Shown here piece by piece: positions 8,877-17,410 of a stretch of DNA of 64,000 bases; the stretch's first letter is position 1; every line of letters begins with the position of its first letter. This stretch comes from Oceanispirochaeta sp. (GTDB lineage Bacteria > Spirochaetota > Spirochaetia > DSM-2461). The notes under the pieces are model-generated. The model was not told the DNA's origin. It searched no databases and saw nothing but the letters and a program-made list of their open reading frames with translations. The stretch lies in NCBI GenBank assembly GCA_963663385.2, contig CAXXXD010000004.1, positions 320,001 through 384,000 of the forward strand, in the 5' to 3' direction. The position numbers were made by a program, and so were the translations under genes.

Positions 8877-10685
8877 TTAACCGAGCTCAATCAGAACCTG
8901 ACCGGCCGTAACCTGATCACCCTGGGCAACTGCAATGTTGGTTACAGTACCGGATACGGGAGCAGATACGGGAGTTTCCATTTTCATAGCTTCCAGAACG
9001 ATTATCTCTTCACCTTCAGAGACACTGTCGCCTACGGCAACGGGGATTCTCAATACAAGACCGGGCATGGGAGCATTGACGGCCTGACCGGCTCCGGCTG
9101 CTGCCGCGGGGGCTGCTCCGGCTGCGGGGGCTGCTGCCGCAGCTGCATCAATACCGTCTTTAACATCGATATTGTAGTTAACACCGTTTACAGTGGCTGT
9201 TCCGCCGTCGATCTTTACGCCGTAAGCTTTTCCGTTAACAGTAACGGTATAACCTTCAGCAGAACCGGCAGCCGCTTTTTTGGCGTCTTTTCTGATATTG
9301 GTTTTGGCTTCGCCCTTAAGGAACATAATTCCCTTGTCCTGACAGGCTGCGGCAATAAAAATATTCTCGTCGGACAGATCGGTAATCCCGTTGTCCTGAA
9401 GCATCTTTTTGGCCGCTTCGATACCGAGTTTCTCGTTTCTATCGTTAATATCAACAACCAGCTCGGTAGTGGGTTCCAGACCCATCTGTTCCTGACAGAT
9501 CGCTTTGATTTCCGCATCGGGTTCAACAGGAGTTTTACCAAAGTAACCAAGAACCATTTTCCCGTAACCTTCGGCAATCTTTTTCCAGGGACCGAACATT
9601 ACGTTGTTGAATGCCTGCTGGAAGTAGAACTGGGAAACGGGAGTAACAGATGTTCCGTATCCACCCTTCATTACAACTTCACCCATTGCCTTGGTTATAT
9701 CATGGTATTTGTCCATCAGTCCGTTGTCACGCAGCATCTGTGTATTTGCTGTAAGGGCTCCGCCGGGGAGGGGGGAGAAGGGGATAATGGGGTTAACCAT
9801 GGTAGCTTCGGGTGGCAGGAAGTAGTCTTCCATACACTCTTTAAATACTTCTTCCACTTCCATAATGGCATCGGGATCGATTCCCAGGTCGTAATCCGTT
9901 CCGCGCAGAGCATGCCACATGGTCATGATGTCGGGCTGACAGGTTCCTCCGGATACGGGAGCCATGGAAAGGTCCACCTGAGTCGCACCGGCTTCGATCG
10001 CAGTCAGATACTGCTGGATGGAAACACCTGCTGTCTCGTGTGAATGGAAGGTGATGTTCATATCGGGACCAAGCATCTCTCTGGCGGCTTTGATGGTTTC
10101 TCCGACAATTTTGGGAGTTGCTGTTCCCGAAGCATCCTTGAAACATACAGAATCATAGGGGATTCCCGCATCAAGGATATTCTTCAGTACGCCAATATAG
10201 AAATCTTTATCGTGTGCACCGGTTGCTCCGGGAGGAAGCGCCATCATGGTAACAACAACTTCGTGTCTCAGACCGGCATCGTGAATGCACTGACCGGAGT
10301 AGATCAGGTTATTTACATCATTAAGTGCATCAAAGTTCCGGATAGTTGTGATTCCGTGTTTTTTGAACATTTTTGCATGAAGGTCGATAATGTCTCTGGG
10401 CTGTGAACTGAGACCTACAACGTTTACACCTCTAGCAAGAGTCTGCAGGTCCGCATCGGGTCCGGCAGCCTTACGAAACTGATCCATCATGTCAAAGGCT
10501 GATTCGTTGCCGTAGAAAATGGGGGCCTGAAAACGGGCGCCGCCACCGGCTTCGAAATGTTTGATTCCTGCTTTGGAAGCTGCTTCAACAGCCGGCAGAA
10601 AATCTTGTGTTAATACACGGGCTCCGTAAACGGACTGAAAACCGTCCCGGAAAGCGGTACACATAAAATTTACGCGTTTCTTCAT
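8877..10685 (-). CDS. oadA: Oxaloacetate decarboxylase alpha subunit (carboxyltransferase plus biotin carrier)
   Basis: RDGFQS, KDASG, HSHET, PGGA, VTPVSQ; Ala/Pro linker; EAMKM biotinylation motif. Confidence 0.9.
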   Translation of the reverse strand: MKKRVNFMCTAFRDGFQSVYGARVLTQDFLPAVEAASKAGIKHFEAGGGARFQAPIFYGNESAFDMMDQFRKAAGPDADLQTLARGVNVVGLSSQPRDIIDLHAKMFKKHGITTIRNFDALNDVNNLIYSGQCIHDAGLRHEVVVTMMALPPGATGAHDKDFYIGVLKNILDAGIPYDSVCFKDASGTATPKIVGETIKAAREMLGPDMNITFHSHETAGVSIQQYLTAIEAGATQVDLSMAPVSGGTCQPDIMTMWHALRGTDYDLGIDPDAIMEVEEVFKECMEDYFLPPEATMVNPIIPFSPLPGGALTANTQMLRDNGLMDKYHDITKAMGEVVMKGGYGTSVTPVSQFYFQQAFNNVMFGPWKKIAEGYGKMVLGYFGKTPVEPDAEIKAICQEQMGLEPTTELVVDINDRNEKLGIEAAKKMLQDNGITDLSDENIFIAAACQDKGIMFLKGEAKTNIRKDAKKAAAGSAEGYTVTVNGKAYGVKIDGGTATVNGVNYNIDVKDGIDAAAAAAPAAGAAPAAAAGAGQAVNAPMPGLVLRIPVAVGDSVSEGEEIIVLEAMKMETPVSAPVSGTVTNIAVAQGDQVTAGQVLIELG

Positions 10686-10700
10686 GGAATGATAACCTCT

Positions 10701-10913
10701 TTATAGTTTTGTGTGAGCTTTAACGGCAGCAATTGCTATAGCAATGTCTGCGTCGGCGGATGATTTTCTGACAGCGGGAGCAGCTGGTTTTTCCGGCTCA
10801 GGGAAAAACTTCAGAACAATTTTGGACATAACATTTGTAGATACGACCAAAAGAGTCAGAAACAGAAACACCACTGACATTCCGATAATGGTAACAATAA
10901 GACCACTAATCAT
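10701..10913 (-). CDS. oadG: Oxaloacetate decarboxylase gamma subunit
   Basis: GMSVVFLFLTLL TM helix, Pro/Ala linker, IAIAIAAVKAH; first gene of the operon. Confidence 0.9.
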   Translation of the reverse strand: MISGLIVTIIGMSVVFLFLTLLVVSTNVMSKIVLKFFPEPEKPAAPAVRKSSADADIAIAIAAVKAHTKL

Positions 10914-10959
10914 ATTTGATGCTCCTCAGATTGGATATTATTCAATTAAGCCCTTCTCC

Positions 10960-11056
10960 CTTTCTGTCAGGATGGAAGAAAGACAACTAACTGTTGAATC
11001 GTTCAGGATTTACCGATTCACCGTAAACTATAGTGGAATTCCGCTAATGGTGACAA
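10960..11056 (-). promoter_or_regulatory. oad promoter and twin-hairpin 5' leader
   Basis: TTGTCA (11056-11051), 18 bp, TATAGT (11032-11027); hairpins at 10995-11020 and 10960-10982 both carry AUCCUGA in the loop. Confidence 0.5.
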
Positions 11057-11212
11057 GCCCTTGAAGGGATGAAACACGCCGTGATTTGCCCTTAATTCTT
11101 AAAAATACTGAGGACGTTGATAAATTGCTATAATACGAATAGCTGTAAATGCATATAATAGTATATATTTAAAAATATATTTCTGGAGTACATTGGATGA
11201 TTATAAATATTA

Positions 11213-11400
11213 AAAGGTGCCTACGGGAAACCCGCTTTCAATATCAGAGCACCCCGAACCTTTACCGTTATAAGAAAGTATGGCTTTCCCCTTCAGTCTT
11301 AACCGCCGAAATCCGAAGTTCCCGGTAGGGATTGTCATTGCCCTCCCGGTTTTGTATGGTTCGGTTTTCGTATGGGATCCGAATCGTATGAACGCACTTG
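11213..11400 (-). ncRNA. Candidate 6S RNA (structured ~190-nt intergenic RNA)
   Basis: Rod-like fold by eye: closing GUGC/GCAC, central bulge, CCGAACC/GGUUCGG helix, apical cUUCGg loop; segments GUGCGUUC, CCGAACCAU..CGGGAG and AAAGCGGGUU resemble 6S RNAs. Confidence 0.5.
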
Positions 11401-11403
11401 ACT

Positions 11404-11958
11404 CTAGTAGGCAATCCCTAAACCAATTGACAGATCCAGGCTTGTGTAACGGATCCGGATCTTTTCATCAGCGATACTTTTCTGTCCGTTGCAGGAGGAG
11501 TAGGCAATCCCGCAGTCCAGGGAGTAACGGATTCGTTCCGAATAATGGAGGGGGATTAGTGTTCCCGCACCCAGCCCGTAGTAGAGCCCTCCCTCTTCTT
11601 CAAGAAGCAGGGAGTAACCTGTATAGCCTTTCAGGTAGAAGGGGATTCCCTCAGAGGGCAGTTCCAGACGCAGCGAAAGGTAGACGGGCAGGAATGTATA
11701 CTCATCACCGTCTTTGTTTCCTCTGGGATGGAGGTAACGCACCCCTCCACCGCAGCTGAAGGCCGGGGAAAGGGATATATAAAGCTCCTGGCCCAGAGAA
11801 AACCGGGTATTAAGAACATCTCCCTTCACATCATCTTCCTTTATCCAGCTTGTCGGCTCTATCCCTAAAAAAGTAAAAGAGTGAAACCTCCAGTCCGAGG
11901 ATGATCCGTAAAGAGATGAAATACCGAAAAGTGTCAGAAAAAGCAATATCTGTTTCAT
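11404..11958 (-). CDS. Small outer-membrane beta-barrel protein
   Basis: Signal peptide; FLPVYLSLRL, FYLKGYTGYS, YYGLGAG strands; C-terminal aromatic residue. Confidence 0.6.
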   Translation of the reverse strand: MKQILLFLTLFGISSLYGSSSDWRFHSFTFLGIEPTSWIKEDDVKGDVLNTRFSLGQELYISLSPAFSCGGGVRYLHPRGNKDGDEYTFLPVYLSLRLELPSEGIPFYLKGYTGYSLLLEEEGGLYYGLGAGTLIPLHYSERIRYSLDCGIAYSSCNGQKSIADEKIRIRYTSLDLSIGLGIAY

Positions 11959-11976
11959 TGACTCTACCCCTCTTTC

Positions 11977-14688
11977 TTATTTTTGTGTCAGATTAAATAC
12001 CCCATCCCATTCCTTGGGAGGCGGCTCTTTACTGAATTTCAGACAGCGTTTCATATAGATCTCGGAAGTGGGGTCCTCGGGGATAAATTCTCTTGTCTTT
12101 CTGAAAGCTTCCATAGCTTCCAGCCACTCTCTCTGTTCAAAAAGCTCCAGCCCCCTGTGAAATAGTTCCAGTCCCAGAAGGATCTGTTCAGGAGTCTGGG
12201 TTCTTTCGTCAATCAACTCATAGAGACGGACAGGTTCGTTGATTCCCACAACACGGACACGATCCAGTTTACGGACGGTAAAAATGTCCCCTGTTTCCCT
12301 GTAGGTGGAATCACTGATCAGCAGCCAGGTCCCATACTGTTTGTTTACACCTTCCAGCCGGGCGGCCAGGTTTACCGCATTTCCCATCATGGTGTAGTCC
12401 ATCTTCTGCAGGGTCCCCATATTCCCCACTACCATATCTCCTGTATTTATTCCGATTCTCGTTAAAAGGGGGCCGGGGGCCTTTCCTTCCTCCAGCATCC
12501 TTTCATTCAGTAATTTTTCCGCTTTTTTCATTCTGATAGCTGAACGGCAGGCTTTGACGGCATGATCGCTGTAGGGATGAGGCGCTCCGTAAAAAGCGAT
12601 AATGGCATCTCCCTCGTATTTATCGATTGTCCCCCGTTCCTCCATGATCAGGTTGCTCATCTCTGTCAGGTATTCATTCAGAAGGGATACCAGATTCTGG
12701 GGTGTCATTTTTTCTGATATGGATGAGAACCCTTTGACGTCTGTAAAGATTGCCGTCATATGCTTTTCCTCTCCTCCCAGTGTCAATTTGGAAGGATCAT
12801 CAATCAGGTCCTTGATAACATCATCAGAGAGATACTGGGCAAAAGCGCTGCGGATAAAACCTTTTTCCCGGGAGGCAATAAGAAGGTTGAAACTAACGGA
12901 TGTAATAAAAGCCAGGACCAGGCTCAATCCCGGCGTTACCATGGGGATGTAGGTCCCCGTAAAAATAAAAAAGAGAACAAGAAGCCCTTCGGTCAGGAGC
13001 AGGATCCCGATACCTGCCAGTATCCCCGGTCCGGGATTCAGGTGTGATACGATCAGGGCTGTCAGTAGGGTCATCATTATGGTTATGACTATGGGAATAA
13101 GCAGGGGCGATTCATTCAGAAAGCTTCCGGACAGGATTGTATTGGTTACCGCCGCATACAGACCCATGTTCATGTATTCCTCTTCAAAAGGGTTTACTCC
13201 AATATCAGTTGTGGATGTTCCGGAATAGCCGATAACGCATGTAGTACCATTAAACTGTTCCTTCATCCCCTCTCTGAGTTCCAGTATCTGATTCAGGGTC
13301 TCCCTGGATTCGGAGAATACAACCGGGACGAAATCCATAAGATCCCGGAAGTAGGTAATCTGTTCCTCCGACAGGTCGGGCAGGGATAGGTAATATTCCA
13401 GTTCCGCCAGGATATTCTGATCCGCATCACTGTTGAGAAAGGTCTCGGCTGTTGTAAAGAACAGATCCCTCATATCCCTGTACTCATTAATAACATCCAG
13501 TCCGGGATCTTGCAGCCTGTCCGACTTCAACTGCTCCGCATAGTCGTAGATGGCCATTAGAGGAGTTTCTTCTGTATAGAAGGGGGCTTCCAGCAGGCCC
13601 TGAGTTTCCATCAATCCCAGGTTGTAAACCAGATTGGACAGAGCCCTGTCATGATTATAGAGTTTGATAAAACTGATGTGCCGGAAACTATCGTTGAACG
13701 TTTTGGCCGGCCAGTTAATAAGCATGCGGTTGTTTCTGTCCAGAGGGATGGTCAGGTTGCTTCTGTTTCCGTCTGCCATCAGAGCATTTTTCAGAATAAT
13801 CTTTCTTTTCCCGAATTCCAGAGATTCCACATCCATTTTCTGCAGGAGGGCGGAAAAACCCAGCTGGGGGTAGAGATCTCCCTTATGGTTGAAAATCAGA
13901 TCGATTCTTCGTCTTACTCCGTCCGCATCGATTTCGACACGGGGGAACCCGGAATTCAGAGAGTTGCTCAGAATCGGTATAATGGAGGGTTTAATATCTG
14001 CGGCAATGGAAAAATTCCCCGGATCTCCCCGGGATATATCATTCAGGGACACCTTCTGTTTCGCCAGGCTGAGCAGTTCTTCTGAGGTTGTGGGATCGGG
14101 GGAGTCCATCATATTGGTGGTACAGATAACATTCCCGAACCAGGAGACAGCCTGACCCAGATAAACATCGTTATCCCGGGCAATTTTCTGGACATCCCCG
14201 AGGAGTTCAACTTTCTTCTCTTCCGAATAGTCCTGCAGCTGAACCAGGTACTCTTCCATATATTCAGCCGGTATCTGTCCGGATTCGAGGGCTTTGAACA
14301 GGGCGTAGGGCTGGTCCGACAGTTCCTGAAATACTGAATCAAACTGATTGGGAATCTGTTCCTCCAGGTATTTGTTATTGATCCCGGCCGGGCTTCTGTC
14401 TATAAATTCGATATCGAGGATAGCATAATCCGCTCCCATTTCCCGCATCAGGATGAGGCCGTCCGCAAAAATATCGCGGCTGATAGGGTACATATTGATG
14501 TTGGTAATGGTCAGATCATCAATGTTAACAAGAAGAATATCTTCGTTTTCCGAAACATCGGGCTTGATATGAAGCAGCATATCGTAAACTTTGTTCTCGA
14601 AATTGTAGTATCCTTCAAAAAACAGGAGTGAGGAGAGCAAAAGGGATATCAGCACGGGGATTCCTATGTCCAGTATCTTCTTGTTCAT
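11977..14688 (-). CDS. Membrane adenylate cyclase (class III) with CHASE2 sensor domain
   Basis: CHASE2 motifs (ILLVNIDD, DADGVRRRI, MLINW, MGLYAAVTNTIL); 3 TM; FTDVKGFS, IDKYEGDA, DYTMMGNAVNLAARLEG (ATP-specifying K/D); TPR-like tail WDGVF. Confidence 0.9.
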   Translation of the reverse strand: MNKKILDIGIPVLISLLLSSLLFFEGYYNFENKVYDMLLHIKPDVSENEDILLVNIDDLTITNINMYPISRDIFADGLILMREMGADYAILDIEFIDRSPAGINNKYLEEQIPNQFDSVFQELSDQPYALFKALESGQIPAEYMEEYLVQLQDYSEEKKVELLGDVQKIARDNDVYLGQAVSWFGNVICTTNMMDSPDPTTSEELLSLAKQKVSLNDISRGDPGNFSIAADIKPSIIPILSNSLNSGFPRVEIDADGVRRRIDLIFNHKGDLYPQLGFSALLQKMDVESLEFGKRKIILKNALMADGNRSNLTIPLDRNNRMLINWPAKTFNDSFRHISFIKLYNHDRALSNLVYNLGLMETQGLLEAPFYTEETPLMAIYDYAEQLKSDRLQDPGLDVINEYRDMRDLFFTTAETFLNSDADQNILAELEYYLSLPDLSEEQITYFRDLMDFVPVVFSESRETLNQILELREGMKEQFNGTTCVIGYSGTSTTDIGVNPFEEEYMNMGLYAAVTNTILSGSFLNESPLLIPIVITIMMTLLTALIVSHLNPGPGILAGIGILLLTEGLLVLFFIFTGTYIPMVTPGLSLVLAFITSVSFNLLIASREKGFIRSAFAQYLSDDVIKDLIDDPSKLTLGGEEKHMTAIFTDVKGFSSISEKMTPQNLVSLLNEYLTEMSNLIMEERGTIDKYEGDAIIAFYGAPHPYSDHAVKACRSAIRMKKAEKLLNERMLEEGKAPGPLLTRIGINTGDMVVGNMGTLQKMDYTMMGNAVNLAARLEGVNKQYGTWLLISDSTYRETGDIFTVRKLDRVRVVGINEPVRLYELIDERTQTPEQILLGLELFHRGLELFEQREWLEAMEAFRKTREFIPEDPTSEIYMKRCLKFSKEPPPKEWDGVFNLTQK

Positions 14689-14847
14689 GTATACCTCCGG
14701 AAAATAGTATCAGTATAACCATGTCTTTAATTTTATTACACAAAAACCCTTATTGTGGGAATCACTTTTTATTTTTACTCAAAAGATATTGTGATTTTCA
14801 GAACCTGCCGGTACAATTTAAATATCGATTATTTTAGGAGTCGATGT

Positions 14848-15312
14848 ATGAAAAAGATTTTCTTTCTATGCATCTTTATTGTGTTATTTTTATTGAATAT
14901 GAGTATTGCCGCTCAATCCAATGAGCAGATGGATGAGTTTCTGGCCCGTTCCTACGCGGACCTGGGGATGAGTTCCTACCTTGTACTGGCTTCAGCCGGC
15001 CGGATTGACGAATCCGCCTCTGTTGAAGAAGCGTTGAACTGGGTTTCAGAGCAGGGCATGGATGCCTCATTTAAAAACCTTGAAGCGGACAGGGACATCT
15101 GTTACGGTGAGTTTTCCTATATCCTGATGGAAGCTCTCTCTCTCAAGGGCGGTGTTATGTACCGTATCTTTCCGGGGCCCCGCTATGCGGCGCGTGAGGC
15201 GGCCTATAAAAAGTGGATGCTTGGACGGTCGTCTCCGTCGAGATCCCTCCGCCCCTACGAAGTAATCAATGCCATTAATATGGTTATGGAAGAGTTGGAG
15301 GAACGGTCATGA
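14848..15312 (+). CDS. Secreted conserved hypothetical protein
   Basis: ATG 14848 with AGGAG; signal peptide; ICYGEFSYILM and GGVMYRIFPGPRYAARE motifs (weakly SLH-like). Confidence 0.7.
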   Translation: MKKIFFLCIFIVLFLLNMSIAAQSNEQMDEFLARSYADLGMSSYLVLASAGRIDESASVEEALNWVSEQGMDASFKNLEADRDICYGEFSYILMEALSLKGGVMYRIFPGPRYAAREAAYKKWMLGRSSPSRSLRPYEVINAINMVMEELEERS

Positions 15313-16580
15313 AAAGGATACTGACGGGACTTGCTCTTACTCTCTTTCTACTTCCCGCGTATACCGTGGATTATGACTGGGGGGGGCAGCTGGAGAATAC
15401 AACACAGGCCTCAGGTCTTCTGGAAGAGGTCGATGATTCCGATATAACCCAGTCGGACAAGGTGACTCTCTGGGTTAAGGCTGAAATTTCTCCCGATATG
15501 AAATTCTATGCCAACGGCGGGTATCAGTATAAGTATACGGACGAAGAGCATGAGTACCTTCCTCTGTTGTCTGCTTTCTATCTCTCGGGAAGCAGTGATA
15601 TCAGGGATAAGAATCTGGATTACACTCTGGGCCGTTTCCGTTTTGCCGATTCAAAAGGAAAAATCCTCAATTCTCTGGCGGACGGAGTGAAACTGTCCTT
15701 CCCTGTCGGTCCCGTACCTCTTAAACTGGGTGTGGGGTATACCGGACTGGTTTTTATCGACAGTTCGGATATAGAGCTGACTGCGGCAGATGCTTATGAA
15801 AGCAGTGATGATGATGCTTTATGGGCGCCCCCCCGGCTGGTTCAGTTTGTTTCAGGACGTTATAATGATCTTCCGGGAGGTGCGGGCCTTTTCTTTTCTC
15901 TTGTGGCTCAGGAAGACTTCAGAACGGAAGATTTTATTGAAGATTATGTCACCGGTACGGGGCAGTATCATACACAGTATGGTCTGATCGGATTGGACGG
16001 GAGGATTACCCCGGAGCTTTTCTTTTCTGTTTCCGGAACACTGCAGACGGGGCAGTATATTATTCCCGATCCCTCTGAAAGTGTTTATCAGATAGGCGGA
16101 ATGGTAATGACTTCTCTGGAATACTATGCGAATTGTAAGTACACACCGGTTATTTCAGTGGAAGCAGTTTACGCCTCCGGTGATACATGGGGAAAGATGT
16201 TCTCTGCAGATGAGGATACCTTCTACTCCTTTATCCCCATATCAACCTCTTCAAAGGGTCTGGTGTACGGCGCTAAACTGACGAACCTGATTTATGGAGA
16301 TCTGGGTATTTCCGTTAAACCCCATGATACGGTTCAGGTCGCTCTTTCAGCTATTACCTTTCTCAGGGGAGTTGACGGTCCCGTTTCGGACAGTTCCCTT
16401 ACAGAAGAAAGCGGGGGAGACGCCTATCTGGGAGAGGAAGTGGATCTTACCATCAACTGGAGACCCTTCTCCGATCTTGGTATGTCCCTCTCTTCGGGAG
16501 TTTTCTTTCCGAACAGTTCATTATATGACATCGATGATCCGCAGTACAAAGTCAGCGGATTTTTATCATTCAGTTTTTAG
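15309..16580 (+). CDS. Outer-membrane beta-barrel protein (alginate-export/porin-like)
   Basis: Signal peptide, acidic; YLGEEVDLTINWRPFSDL; C-terminal Phe (FLSFSF); ATGA overlap with upstream gene. Confidence 0.7.
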   Translation: MKRILTGLALTLFLLPAYTVDYDWGGQLENTTQASGLLEEVDDSDITQSDKVTLWVKAEISPDMKFYANGGYQYKYTDEEHEYLPLLSAFYLSGSSDIRDKNLDYTLGRFRFADSKGKILNSLADGVKLSFPVGPVPLKLGVGYTGLVFIDSSDIELTAADAYESSDDDALWAPPRLVQFVSGRYNDLPGGAGLFFSLVAQEDFRTEDFIEDYVTGTGQYHTQYGLIGLDGRITPELFFSVSGTLQTGQYIIPDPSESVYQIGGMVMTSLEYYANCKYTPVISVEAVYASGDTWGKMFSADEDTFYSFIPISTSSKGLVYGAKLTNLIYGDLGISVKPHDTVQVALSAITFLRGVDGPVSDSSLTEESGGDAYLGEEVDLTINWRPFSDLGMSLSSGVFFPNSSLYDIDDPQYKVSGFLSFSF

Positions 16581-16589
16581 GAGGCCTGT

Positions 16590-17303
16590 ATGAGTATAAA
16601 AAGGCTTTTATTAATCGGTATTCTGTTTTTCGGGGTTGCAGCCATCCTTACATCTCAAACTGTAAAGATAGGTAGTGTATCCGGTAAGGTGGAAGTTAAA
16701 AAACCGGGGATGTCCTGGGAGAAAGCCGATGAAGGGATGTCTCTGCCTATTAATTCCATGATTTCCACCGGTTTCGGATCAGAAGCGAAAATCCTGATGG
16801 ATAATGCGGATATTACAATTAAAGCTCTGACAAGGATGACAATCCAGGAGTTTGTCTCCTCCGGAAATACGACAACCACAAAACTGTTTCTGGGTGCCGG
16901 TAAAATGCGGGCTGATGTCAGGAGAAGCGACAACATGATTAATGATTTCCAGGTCCGCAGCCCTGTTGCCACGGCTGCCGTGCGGGGAACTTCGTTTACC
17001 TTTGACGGTATGAGGCTGGAAGTTGTAAAGGGAAGTGTTGATCTTGCCGGTAAAAAAGGGGGCAAAGTGAATGTCTCCCAGGGCGGTCGTTCCGAGGTTG
17101 CCGAAGACAGTGGCGCGACTGATCCGGCAGTCACCCGGCGTGAAGATTCAGGGGTTTCTCCAACCACATCAAGCGGAGAAGACAGCGGATCGCCCACCCC
17201 TGAAAGTACCACGATTGATGACGGAGGAAGTATAGCTTCTCCTTCGCCTGAACCAGAGCCTGAACCGGATCCGACAGCGACCCTAGAAATAACTCTGGAA
17301 TAA
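16590..17303 (+). CDS. Secreted FecR-domain protein with Ser/Thr/Pro-rich tail
   Basis: VSGKVEV, ISTGFGSEAKI, FQVRSPVATAAVRGTSF, LEVVKGSV; tail PSPEPEPEPDPTATLEITLE. Confidence 0.85.
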   Translation: MSIKRLLLIGILFFGVAAILTSQTVKIGSVSGKVEVKKPGMSWEKADEGMSLPINSMISTGFGSEAKILMDNADITIKALTRMTIQEFVSSGNTTTTKLFLGAGKMRADVRRSDNMINDFQVRSPVATAAVRGTSFTFDGMRLEVVKGSVDLAGKKGGKVNVSQGGRSEVAEDSGATDPAVTRREDSGVSPTTSSGEDSGSPTPESTTIDDGGSIASPSPEPEPEPDPTATLEITLE

Positions 17304-17311
17304 GAGATTAA

Positions 17312-17352
17312 CGGGCGGTTCGCCTCTCCTGTCGAACCGTCCGATTTTTTTT
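17312..17352 (+). terminator. Intrinsic terminator
   Basis: CGGGCGGTTCG/CGAACCGTCCG stem followed by T8. Confidence 0.8.
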
Positions 17353-17410
17353 AGGAGAACACCCCGTTAGGTCTATTCCGACCTTATCTATTTCGTTAGT
17401 ATAAGGCTCT

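Noticed and set aside
9085..9150. GC-rich short repeats in oadA
   Set aside because: Standard Ala/Pro linker before the biotin domain
11214..11245. AGGTGCC...GGGAA resembling a cobalamin riboswitch start, and GTGCG (11397-11393, minus strand) resembling a group II intron 5' end
   Set aside because: No B12 box or CCGGTG/ACTGT elements, no downstream plus-strand gene, no domain V; the 6S-like fold explains the region better
11280..11759. 159-aa plus-strand ORF
   Set aside because: Overlaps the barrel gene antisense and the structured RNA; implausible composition
14750..14810. Possible CRP sites (TGTGA half-site) in the cyclase divergent promoter
   Set aside because: Only half-sites or wrong spacing
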